Source: Ranitomeya imitator (Eukaryota). Taken from it: a DNA stretch of 64,000 nt. Below are positions 46,876 to 59,200 of the stretch, in pieces. Below the pieces are notes generated by a model. That model saw nothing but the letters and a program-made list of their open reading frames with translations, was not told the origin of the DNA and did not search any database. The stretch covers positions 457,064,001 through 457,128,000 of the forward strand of contig NC_091286.1 of the NCBI RefSeq assembly GCF_032444005.1. Reading direction: 5' to 3'. Position numbers and translations under genes: made by a program. Position 1 is the stretch's first letter; each line of letters begins with the position of its first letter.

Positions 46876-47140
46876 ATTTATTTATTTCACTCACTGATAT
46901 AGCGCCATTAATTTCACAACGCTTTACAGATACAATCACTGTCCCCATTAGGGCTCACAATCTAATTTTCCTATCAGTAAGTCTTTGGAGTGTGGGAGGA
47001 AACCGGAGAACCCAGAGGAAACCCACACAAACACGGGGAGAACATACAAACTTCTTACAGATCGTGTCCTTGGTGGGATTTGAACCCAGGTCCCAGCTCT
47101 GCAAAGCAACAGTGCTAACCACTGAGCCACCGTGCTGTCC
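46876..47140 (-). mobile_element. tRNA-derived V-SINE with L2-like tail
   Basis: A box TGGCTCAGTGG, B box GGTTCAAATCC, V-domain gtatgttctccccgtg...ggtttcctcccac, tail gcgctatatc...aataaa. Confidence 0.85.
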
Positions 47141-47850
47141 TAAATATTGAGTTTAGGATCCCAGGGAAGAATGATTTGTCTCGTTGTGGATTTTGGGTTC
47201 ACATGAATTGGCCAACATGTTCTCTAAGTACCTTTATTTCGAAGTATATTCTATATATTAGTAGTGCAGCTTCCATATGTTCAGTGTTTGCCTACATCTT
47301 AGAACTTACAGAGGCTGCTGTATTCTTTTGTTTGTATATTCCCGTTGCGTGAGGCTGACCTCTGATCCGACCATAAGCTCAGGTTTTTGTCTGCGTAACG
47401 TCATATGACTGACTTCATGGATCGAAATTGGGGCTGCAGGAGGATATTGGGAAAATAAGTCCTCTATTGATAGCACTATTTAGAGAACAATTTAAAATTA
47501 AATTGCCAAAATACTTGACCCTTTCACATCATATCTATTGCTTCATATGTTGGCTACCGGTGTATGGAGTGGGCTCCGTAGGTAAGCCCACACCATAAAC
47601 AGTTGATACCAGCTGTGATACACAGCAGGCATTTTGCTGTAACATTTATGACCTGAACAAACACAGATTGCCGCTGTTAAACCATTTAAATGTTGCTGTC
47701 AATCACTGGCTGGTATTCAAACTGTGATTACCAGCACTTACATGCACCGCTTCCATTGCTCCCCCTACAATGCAATTATGGGGTGCTGATGGGCCGTGAT
47801 GGCATTTGAGAGCATGCTGAAGGCCCCCATGGCCCTCATCTTTGTCTTAA

Positions 47851-48270
47851 GGCTACTTTCACACTAGCGTCGGTACGGGGCTGTCGCGCTGCGTCGGCCC
47901 GACGTACCGACGCATACTGTGCAAGTGCCACACATCGGGGGCAGCAGATGCATTTTTCCAGCGCATCCGCTGCCCCATTTGCGTTGCGGGGAGGTGGGGG
48001 CGGAGTTCCGGCCGCGCATGCGCGGTCGGAAATGGTGGACACAACGCAGCAAAAAACGTTACATGTAACGTTTTTTGCTGCCGACGGTCCGCCACAACAC
48101 GACGCAACCGTCGCACGACGGTTGCGACGTGTGGCAAAGCGTCGCAATGCGTCGCTAATGTTAGTCAATGGAGAAAAAACGCATCTTGCAAGCAATTTTG
48201 CAGGATGCGTTTTTTTTTCCTAAACGACGCATTGCGACGTGCAGTGCACGACGCCAGTGTAAAAGTAGCC
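47851..48270. mobile_element. PIF/Harbinger MITE (same family as 26099-26520)
   Basis: TAA-ggctactttcacactagcg ... cgccagtgtaaaagtagcc-TAA. Confidence 0.88.
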
Positions 48271-49134
48271 TAACTGGGAAGTCCAGCCTGTCGCTGGACT
48301 TCATAGAAGAATGTTATTTAGTCTGTATAATCTATATGTATAGACCGTAATTGTATTGCAGTGTTTAGTATAAGCGACTAGACAATCGTAGGTTCAAGTA
48401 AAAAATAAAATTTAAAAAAAATATAAAAATTTGAATCACCCCTCTCTTCCCCCATTAATAATAAAGGAAAAGAAAGTCTGACATATAAAAGTCCAATCTA
48501 TCAAAATAAAATATTAATGAACCGTAATTAGAAAAAAAATAACGAGATGCCAGAATCACTTTCTTTTTGGTCACCACACACCTCTGAAAAAAATTGCAGT
48601 AAAACATCTTGTCTACCCTAAAAAGTAACAGTGAAAATGTCAGCATGCCTCACAAAAAACGGTCATGACACAGCTGCATCAATGGAAAAATCATAATTTA
48701 ACAGGAGTCTCAAAACTCCATATTTTTTTTTTCATCACTTAAGTAAAAAAAAAAAAGTGACATGTTTGGTCTCACCCAAATGATTCTTGGAGAGTGGAGT
48801 TGTAAGATCGCAATATTACCGCACTTCAATTTTTTTTCAAGTTTTGCAGCACACAGAGTGGTCAAATATATGGTGTCATTGACCGCTACAACCAATCCTG
48901 CAGATGACAAACCCTATCATACAGCTACAGTATATTGACACTGAAATAATAAACTTATGGCTCTTGGAAAAAGGGTAGGAAAAACAGAATCTCAAAAATG
49001 AAAAAATGTCCTTTCACCGAGAGGTTAAAGTTTAACATTTTAAACACAAGGTCCATTAAGAACATTGACATATATTGTTATATGGTTATTACTGGGGTAA
49101 CTGTTATATTTATGACTTGTATCTTTATATATAG

Positions 49135-49238
49135 CTGGAAACACTTAAAGGGACGGTTGATAGGACAGCGACTGAATTAGAAGTTATGCGGGTTCAAGTT
49201 AACAACCTGAAAAAAGAGGTTCGGAAAAAGGATGAAAG
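49135..49238 (+). CDS. CCDC39: CCDC39 coding exon (exon 8), 104 bp
   Basis: LETLKGTVDRTATELEVMRVQVNNLKKEVRKKDE plus a split R codon; atag/gtactg; the phase 2 end matches the next exon. Confidence 0.9.
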
Positions 49239-49562
49239 GTACTGTATACGTCAGTTGCTTAGCAGAAAGGCGAAGCGTGTAAGAATATTTAACGTGCAGT
49301 TTTAAGTAAATAAATAAAATATAAAAGTGGTCATAATTACTTTTCATTAAAGGGGTTATCTGGGACTTTGAAAAAAAAATAAATAATGAGCCTGAGCACT
49401 AACAGGCAGGTAGTAACTACTTCTCGTTACATGCTGGGGGTTTAGAGGTGACTGCCCTTGTCTCCAGACTTTTGGGACATGTCACATATGAATCATAGTC
49501 AAATTATAATTTGTAATGAATGAGGCTGAGAATTTATTGCTTAATTGGAATTATATTTTTAG

Positions 49563-49695
49563 ATTAAGTCAGGCTAAAGAATATAATGAAGGTTTGTCTG
49601 AAAAATTGAAGCTTGTGACAGACTCGGCTCTGAGTATGGAGGAAAGAGCCCAACGTGTAGAGGACATGCTGAAGGAACAGGAGAAAACAATAAAG
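49563..49695 (+). CDS. CCDC39: CCDC39 coding exon (exon 9), 133 bp
   Basis: (R)[44 protein letters not shown]; tttttag/gtgagt. Confidence 0.92.
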
Positions 49696-50094
49696 GTGAG
49701 TTTCAACTAATTGTACCTAAGAGTGTTGTGCTGACATGGACCCAAATACAAGTAATAACAAGTTTTAACTGTATACTTCTGTGTTCACTTAGTATTGATC
49801 GGAACTTACCGAATATTTAGAATGACATTAAACATGATGCCACCCTCACCCTCTATGCTCATGCTTGTCTGGAATAGTGTGCATCAGTAACAAAAGGAGC
49901 GGGCACTTGGGTATCTTGAATCTCTTTGTCAAGGAAAACTTGGCAGGCTCCCTATACACATTAGATGGTTGGCCAGACCCACCAGATTGACAGGTACCAA
50001 CTATATACATCAAATGTGCATGGCCAGCTTTACAATGCTAGGGCAAAAGAAAAAAAATGACAAAGAAACATAATCGAGAGAGACATGTCAGACA

Positions 50095-50610
50095 AAATGT
50101 CATGTTGATAAGTGTAGAGTGATGCACCTAGGCCGGAGTAATCATATTACTGCATATTCATGGAAATAAAAATGAAGATTACAGAATAGGAGAAGGACTT
50201 GGGTATTCTGGTTACAAGTAAGCTGAGCAGCAGCACTCAATGTCAAGCAGCAGCCGCAAAAGGAAGCAAGATTGTAGGTTGTTTAGGTCAACTGATAATG
50301 GTTTAAAAGTGGTGACTAAATTACTTAGTAGGATGGAAGGTCTTTCTTATGATGGGAAGCTACAAAAATCAGACATGTTAGAAAATAAATACATGGGAAA
50401 TATACACGTTGGAAGTGTTCTTGTTATTATGTGTGGTTAATACAGAGAACTGGCACATGATTTTTTTTTTCTCCGAATGACTATACAAAGGACCAGGTAA
50501 TATTTGTGACTTGTGGGAAAAAAAGACATTTTTCGATTTCAGTATTGAAAAGGATTCTTTTCAGTTAGAGTAGTCCTGACTATGGAATGCCCTTCCACAG
50601 AAGGTAAGAG
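50095..50610 (+). mobile_element. Old degraded CR1 fragment
   Basis: Traces of DKCRVMHLG, EKDLGILV, QCQAAAAK and WNALP. Confidence 0.6.
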
Positions 50611-51339
50611 TGATAGTTTCTGAAATATCTGTCCCAATATGTTAATAGGGCGGGGGTCTCTTGGACATCAGGTCTGTGTGGCACTATCAACATAATACAG
50701 GTGGCATTTACAGTCCTGTTGTTTTTCATGACAGATCTTAATCATTCTTGTAAAGGCAGCATAATGGAGGGGTGCAAAGAGAATGTTAGAATACTCTCAT
50801 TTCTTTTTATACAGAGGGTTAACAACGGGGAAGGTCCCCGTCAGGGCTCGCTCACACCACTGTATTTTCTGTCTGAGTATGATCCAACAAAACATTGGAT
50901 TGCACTTTTACCGATGTTATTTTATGGGGCCGCGTACTGTACATGTCAGATTTTTATTAGATTTTCGGATCACACAGCCATGCAAATGAAACCATCGGAC
51001 TGCACTTAGATGACACATGAGTGCAGTCCGATTTCCATGCACTAACACAGTGGAGATGATGGAGACATTTTGTTCTCCATCATCTACTCAGTGTGCTCCT
51101 GTTTTCTCATCCTGGAGAATCGGAACACAATATGCTGACATTCTGATCAGAGTTTGGCATAATCAGCCCTATTCTCTCAGATGAGAGTCTCGATGCCCGT
51201 GTGCACCTGCACTTACTGTTGGACGTTAAAAAAAATACATTTACGGAGGTAGTTGAGTGAGTGCAAAATTAACTCCTTCCCAACTTGTAACATACTATTA
51301 TGTGGCATTGCCGGGTGCTGGAATATGGAGTGAGATTAA

Positions 51340-51699
51340 GGGTATGTGCACACGTATCTGTGAGGGCTGCGGAATTTTCCGCAGCGGATTTGATAAATCC
51401 GCAGTGCAAAACCGCTGCATTTTTTCCTGCGGATTTATCGCGGTTTCTATTGCAGATTCCGCTGCGGGTTTACACCTGCAGTTTTCTATTGGAGCAGGTG
51501 TAAACCCGCAGCGGAATCCACACAAAGAATTGACATGCTGCGGAATGTAAACCGCTGCATTTCCGCGCGTTTTTTTCCGCAGCATGTGCACTGCGGATTT
51601 TGTTTCCCATAGGTTTACATTATTCTGTAAATGCATGAGAAACCGCTGCGGACCCGCAGCTGCGGAAACACTGCGGATCTGCAGCGTGTGCACATACCC
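51340..51699. mobile_element. PIF/Harbinger MITE
   Basis: gggtatgtgcacacg ... cgtgtgcacataccc, with TAA/TTA flanks. Confidence 0.82.
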
Positions 51700-51997
51700 T
51701 TAGAGACGCCGTCTGTCACACAAGCGCTGAGCTCAGTGATTGGCTCACAGTAAGTTGTATTGTCATACTTGGTGCCTGTTATATTGCAGTTAGTCATTTA
51801 TATTGATCTTTTCGTTTGCATCCGATCGTGACCTAACAGTGAGGCAGACGACATTTATACGTTAAATTATAAATCTAAAATGCGATCAATTAAATGACAC
51901 TTCCTCCTTAAGACAGACCTTATATGAATAAGACTGAAATGTCTTTTTCAGATATTGTGTAGAACTACCATCATAATATTGTCATTAATCTCCCCAG

Positions 51998-52192
51998 GAT
52001 CTTGAAGCCCAGCTGCAACAGATAAGAGAGCAACATTTCAAGAAATCACAGGAGCTGCACGAGCACAAGACAAAAGAAAAGCACATGATATCAGAAATTA
52101 ATGGAAGTCAAGCCTCGCTGAGAAACCTTAATAGTCAACTGCAAAAACTTGACCTGCATGCTTTAAAGCAACAGGGGATCATTTACAATCAG
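51998..52192 (+). CDS. CCDC39: CCDC39 coding exon (exon 10), 195 bp
   Basis: [65 protein letters not shown]; ccccag/gtacaa. Confidence 0.94.
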
Positions 52193-52453
52193 GTACAAAT
52201 GCATGCTGGTTTTCAACCATTAAATCCCTTAAATACCATTGCTGTGATTAAGAACAGCTAACCACATGCAGGACATTTTATTGTAATTGAAATATTTTCA
52301 AATATAGAAAGACAGCTAGGAAAAAGCTTTGCAAGAACATAACCAACCATCTGAAGGATAACAAAGGGTCAGAAATCACGATTAAGAACAGTGTATTAGC
52401 TGAATTACAGTAATTAACGTCTCCTTTAGTATTCGTGTATGTGCATGTATATA

Positions 52454-54711
52454 TCTAATATATAAAGCTGAATCTGTGTGTGTATGTGTGTATGTATGTA
52501 TGTCTGGGATTGGCATCTGCACCGTCGCAGCTACAGCCACAAAATTTTACACAGTCACACGTCTGGACCCCGAGAGCGTCATAGGCTATGTTGTGAGGCA
52601 AAATTTTAACCCCACGCTTTCCAATTCACCAAACAATTTTGCCCCTATCTACATAATGGGGGAAAAGTGAAAGGAAAAGTGTTGGAGGCAAATTGACAGC
52701 TGCCAGATGTGAACAAGGGGGACTTAAAGAGTGAGAGCGATGGCGCCAAAGAGTATATACCGTACAGTTGCTAAGGTGGGGCCCCGACATGGGATACTCA
52801 CCACTCACGGGGATATGAACACACACACAAAATGCGCCACACACTACCACGTGCTTGAACACATATTACCCTCAGTACACATTTCACCACACATACACCA
52901 ACCTCGCCACATAAAAGTCGAAACACAAAAGTCGCCGCTCAAAACTCGCCATGCGCAAAACTCGCCACATGCAAAAACTAGGCTCACGCAAAACTCGCCA
53001 CAAGTGCAAAACTCACCTCATGGAAAACTCGCCACACACAAAACTTGCACACGCGGAAAAATTGCCACATGCACAAAAGTTGCAACACATGCAAAAGTTG
53101 CCTCACACAAAACTTGCATATACTCAAAAGGCACCACACATAAAACTCACCACGCGCAAAACTCGCCATGCGCAAAACTTGCTGCACACAACTTGCTACA
53201 CTAACCTGTCACATGCAACTCGACACACAAAAAGTTGCTACACGCATGTTGCCACACAAAACTCATCTCACAAAAGTCGCTACATGCATGTCGCCACACG
53301 CAACTCAACACACACAACTTGACAAACGAAACTCGCCCTAAAACACACACAAGTCTGGTATTATCCTTCAAAAATAAAAATCTGATTAATAAGCAGACAA
53401 ACTACAAGAGCAACAAATGTACCATATAGGAAATACGGCAGCTGTCGGTCACATGACCTGTCTATTATGTGTATATGTGAGCTAATATATACTTCCAGGG
53501 GGGAGGGCTTCCTGTTGGCTGGGGATTTAACAGACTGCCAATTTATCTTACAAATACTGAGGTAAAAATACTGACCAAATAACGTGTGAGCACGGCCTAA
53601 TACAGGAAGAGATGACACACAGATATATACTATATACAGTAGGAGATGACACACAGGTATATACTATATACAGGAGGAGATGACACACAGGTATATACTA
53701 TATACAGGAGGAGATGACACACAGGTATATACTATATACAGGAGCAGATGACACACAGGTATATACTATATACAGGAGCAGATGACACACAGGTATATAC
53801 TATATACAGGAGGAGATGACTTACAGGTATATACTATATACAGGAGGAGATGACACAGGTATATACTATATACAGGAGGAGATGACAACCTGGTATATAC
53901 TATATACAGGGGAGATGACATACAGGTACATACTATATACAGTGGAGATGACACACAGGTATATACTATATACAGGAGGAGATGATAAACAGGTATATAC
54001 TATATACTGGAGGAGATGACACACAGGTATATACTATATACAGGAGCAGATGATACACAGGTATATACTATATACAGGAGGAGATGACATACAGGTATAT
54101 ACTATATAAAAGAGGAGATGACACATAGGTATATAGAGGAGGAGATGACATACAGCAGGTATATACTATATACAGGGGAGATGACATACAGGTATATACT
54201 ATATACAGGAGATGACATACAGGTATATAGTATATACAGAAGAGATGACATACAGGTATATAATATATACAGGAGGAGATGACACATGGGTATATACAAT
54301 ATACAGGAGATGACATACAGCAGGTATATACTATTTACAGGGGAGATGACATACAGGTATATACTATATACAAGAGAAGACATACAGGTGTATACTATAT
54401 ATAAGGGAGATGACAAACATGTATATACTGAGGTGAAAATGAGGGGTGTGAGGTGAAAATGAAAAGGTGTGAGTGCAAAATGAGGAGTGAGGGAAAATAG
54501 TGGAGTGATTGGAAAATGACAGATGTGAGGTCGAAATGACAAGTGTTAGGAGGGACTGAGAGGAGTGAGGGGGAAAATGAGAGGTGTAAGGGAGAAAATG
54601 AGAGGTGTAAGGGAGAAAATGAGAGGCATGATGGGAAAATAAGAGACGTAAGGTGCTATAACTAACCACAGATATTTACTATGCCCAGGTAACACCGGGC
54701 TCTTCAGCTAG
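52454..54711 (+). mobile_element. Non-autonomous Helitron with internal tandem arrays
   Basis: A|TCTAATATATAA start; GCCCAGG-taaca-CCGGGC hairpin followed by CTAG; ~32-bp minisatellite at about 53600-54420. Confidence 0.82.
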
Positions 54712-54767
54712 AATAAATATACATACATACATACATACATACATACATACATGACCACAGCTATATA

Positions 54768-56169
54768 CAGTGCCTTGCGAAAGTATTCGGCTCCCTGGAA
54801 CTTTTCAACCTTTTCACATATCATCATAAAGATACCAAATATAAATTTTTGGTGAAGAATTAACAAGTGGAACACAATTGTGAAGTTGAACAAAATTTAT
54901 TGGTTATTTTAAATTGTTGAAATTTTTGAAATTCAAAAACTGAAAAGTGGGGCGTGTAATATTATTCGGCCTCTTTTACTTTCAGTGCAGCAAACTCACT
55001 CCAGAAGTTTATTGTGGATCTCTGAATGATCCAATGTTGTCCTAAATGCCTAATGATGATAAATATAATCCACCTGTGTGTAATCAAGTCTCCGTATAAA
55101 TGCACCTGCTCTGTGATAGTCTCAGGGTTCTGTTTGAAGCACAGAGAGCATCATGAAGACCAAGGAACACAACAGGCAGGTCTGTGATACTGTTGTGGAG
55201 AAGTTTAAAGCCGGATTTGGATACAAAATGATTTCCAAAACGTTAAACTTCCCAAGGAGCACTGTGCAAGTGATCATATTGAAATGGAAGGAGTATCATA
55301 CCACTGCAAATCTACCAAGACCCGGCCGTCCCTCTAAACTTTCATCTCAAACAAGGAGAAGACTGATCAGAGATGCAGCCAAGAGACCCATTATCACTCT
55401 GGATGAACTGCAGAGATCCACAGCTGAGGTGGGACAGTCTGTCCATAGGACAACAATCAGTCGTACACTGCAAAAATCTGGCCTTTATGGAAGAGTACCA
55501 AGAAGAAAGCCATTTCTCAAAGATATCCATAAAAAGTGTTCAACGTTTGCAACAGGCCACCTGGGAGACACACCAAACATGTAGAAGAAGGTGCTCTGGT
55601 CAGATGAAACCAAAATCGAACTTTTTGGCAACAATGCCAAACGATATGTTTGGCGTAAAGACAACACAGCTCATCACCCTGAACACACCATCCCCACTGT
55701 CAAACATGGTGGTGGTAGCATCATGGTGTGGGCCTGCTTTTCCTCAGCAGGGACAGGGAAGATGGTTAAAGTTGATGGGAAGATGGATGGAGCCAAATAC
55801 AGGACCATTCTTGAAGAAAACCTGTTGGAGTCTGCAAAAGACTTAAGACTGGGACGGAGATTTGTCTTCCAACAAGACAATGATCCCAAACATAAAGCAA
55901 AATCTACAATGGAATGGTTCACAAATAAACGTATCCAGGTGTTAGAATGGCCAAGTCAAAGTCCAGACCTCAATCCAATCGAGAATCTGTGGAAAGAGCT
56001 GAAAACTGCTGTTCACAAACGATCTCCATCAAACCTCACTGAGCTCGAGCTGTTTGTCAAGGAAGAATGGGCAAGAAGTTCAGTCTCTCGATGTACAAAA
56101 CTGATAGAGACATACTCCAAGCGACTTGCACCTGTAATCGCATCAAAAGGTGGCACAACAAAGTATTAA
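54768..56169 (+). mobile_element. Tc1 transposon; 3' TIR displaced by later insertions
   Basis: TA-cagtgccttgcgaaagtattc left TIR; transposase at 55153-56169. Confidence 0.92.
55153..56169 (+). pseudogene. Tc1 DD34E transposase with an in-frame TAG at 55582-55584
   Basis: GRP, WSDETK, KHGGGSIMVW, QQDNDPKH, SPDLNPIENLW. Confidence 0.92.
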
Positions 56170-56215
56170 AGGGAATCTGTCACCCCAAATGTGGCCTATA
56201 AACGAAGGCCACCGG
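56170..56215. mobile_element. Left end of a T2/Kolobok MITE inserted at the TTAA overlapping the Tc1 stop codon
   Basis: TTAA-agggaatctgtcacc, then cut off by the Gypsy LTR. Confidence 0.6.
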
Positions 56216-59200
56216 TGTTATGATCTGGTGGCCTTGGAGCAGCATGAGACTTACTCTGGAGAAGGTGGAACCTGTACTGACAGCAAACCCTGAACTTAAC
56301 AGCGCAACTAGAAGTAGCCGTGGGGGGTACCTAACACTCCCTAGACCCCTCGACACAGCCTAAGAACTAACTACCCCTAAAGACAGAAACAGGAAACCTA
56401 TCTTGCCTCAGAGAAAATCCCCAAAGGAAAGACAGCCCCCCACAAATATTGACTGTGAGAGGAGAGGAAAATAACATACGCAGAAATGAAATCAGGATTT
56501 AGCATAGGAGGCCATACTAGCTAAAAAGAAAGAATAGAACAGAGTACTATGAGGTCAGTATTAAAACACTAGAAAATATCCACCACAGAAAACACAAAAC
56601 ACCACATCTGACTAAAGACATGGAGGGTATATCTGCATCTCCAGAGAAATAGCTAGGCAGCAAAAAATCCTTCACAGACTAAGCTGGACAAGACAAAAAC
56701 ATGAAAATGCACAGAACTATAAGGTCCACAGCAGGTGGACAGCAAAAACAAAGCCAGGACTTATCTTTGAAGAAAATCACAGCAAACAGGAGAGACCAGA
56801 AGGGATGTGAATCCTCCAAAAACAATGGACAACTGGCACTGACTAAAGGATCAAGCAAGGCTATATAGCCCAGCCCAAATTGCAAAAAATAGATACACCT
56901 GATAAATGCTGCGATCCAACTACCGCAGCACTACCACTCTTAACCACCAGAGGGAGCCCAAGAGCAGAATTCACAACAGTACCCCCCGCTTGAGGAGGGG
57001 TCACCGAAGCCTCACCAGAGCCCCCAGGCCGATCAGGACGAGCCAAATGAAAGGCACGAACCAAATCGTCAGCATGAACATCGGAGGCAACAACCCAAGA
57101 ATTATCCTCCTGGCCATAACACTTCCATTTGACCAGATACTGAAGCCTCCGCCTCGAAAAACGAGAATCCAAAATCTTATCAACCACATACTCCAACTCC
57201 CCATCAATCAACACCGGGGCCGGAGGATCAACAGAGGGAACAACGGGCACTACATACTTCCGCAACAAAGATCTATGGAACACATTATGGATGGAAAAAG
57301 AGGCTGGAAGGGCCAAACGAAAAGACACTGGATTGATAATCTCAGAAATCCTATAAGGACCAATAAACCAAGGCTTGAACTTAGGGGAAGAAACCTTCAT
57401 AGGAACATGACGGGAAGACAACCAGACCAAATCCCCAACCCGAAGCCGGGAACCAACACACCAACGACGGTTAGCAAAACGTTGAGCCTCCTCCTGAGAC
57501 AACACCAAATTGTCCACCACATGAGCCCAAATCTGCTGCCTGTCAACCACAGAATCCACACCAGAACAATCAGAAGGCTCAACCTGCCCTGAAGAAAAAC
57601 GAGGATGAAAACCAAAATTACAAAAAAAAGGCGAAACCAAGGTAGCAGAACTAGCCCGATTATTAAGGGCAAACTCGGCCAATGGCAAGAAAGCCACCCA
57701 ATCATCCTGGTCAGCAGACACAAAGCATCTCAAATAAGTTTCCAAAGTCTGATTAGTTCGCTCGGTCTGGCCATTTGTCTGAGGATGAAATGCGGAAGAA
57801 AAAGACAAATCAATGCCCAGCCTAGCACAAAAGGCCCGCCAAAACCTAGAAACAAACTGGGAACCTCTATCGGACACAATATTCTCCGGAATGCCATGCA
57901 AACGAACCACATGCTGAAAAAACAACGGAACCAAATCAGAAGAGGAAGGCAATTTAGGCAAAGGTACCAAATGAACCATCTTAGAAAACCGGTCACAAAC
58001 CACCCAGATAACCGACATCCTCTGGGAAACCGGAAGATCTGAAATAAAATCCATAGAAATATGCGTCCAAGGTCTCTCAGGGACCGTCAAAGGCAAAAGC
58101 AACCCACTAGCGCGGGAACAGCAAGGCTTAGCCCGCGCACAAATCCCACAGGACTTCACAAAAGAACGCACATCCCGCGACAAAGAAGGCCACCAAAAGG
58201 ACCTACCAACCAAATCTCTGGTACCAAAAATCCCAGGATGGCCAGCCAACACAGAACAATGAACCTCAGAAATCACTTTACTAGTCCATCTATCAGGAAC
58301 AAACAGTTTCCCCACTGGACAGCGGTCAGGTTTATCAGCCTGAAACTCCTGAATAACCCGTCGTAAATCAGGGGAGATGGCAGAAAGAATCACCCCTTCC
58401 TTCAGAATGCCGACCGGCTCAAGAACCCCAGGGGAATCAGGAAAAAAACTCCTAGAGAGGGCATCCGCCTTAACATTCTTAGTATCAGGAATGTACGAGA
58501 CCACAAACTCAAAACGGGAGAAAAACAGGGACCATCGATCCTGTCTAGGATTCAGCCGTTTGGCAGACTCGAGGTAAATCAGATTCTTATGATCGGTCAG
58601 GACCACAATACGGTGCTTGGCCCCCTCAAGCCAATGTCGCCACTCCTCAAATGCCCACTTCATAGCCAACAACTCCCGATTGCCGACATCATAATTGCGT
58701 TCCGCAGGCGAAAACTTCCGAGAAAAGAAGGCACACGGTTTCATCAAGAAACCATCAGAATTCCTCTGAGACAAAACGGCCCCTGCTCCAATCTCAGACG
58801 CGTCAACCTCAACCTGAAATGGAAGAGAAACATCCGGCTGATGCAACACAGGGGCAGAAGTAAATCGGCGTTTAAGCTCCTGAAAGGCAGAAACAGCCGC
58901 AGAGGACCAATTCGTCACATCAGCGCCTTTCTTCGTCAAATCGGTCAGAGGTTTAACCACACTGGAGAAGTTGGCAATGAAACGACGATAAAAATTAGCA
59001 AAGCCCAAGAATTTCTGAAGGCTCTTCACAGATGTGGGCTGAATCCAATCATGAATGGCCTGAACCTTAACCGGATCCATTTCTATAGATGCGGGAGAAA
59101 AAATGAAGCACAAAAAAGAAACCTTCTGCACTCCAAAGAGGCACTTTGACCCCTTCACAAATAAAGCATTATCACGGAGGATCTGAAATACCATCCTGAC

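Noticed and set aside
47070-47140. tRNA gene
   Set aside because: A and B boxes are the head of a V-SINE followed by the V-domain and a LINE-like tail.
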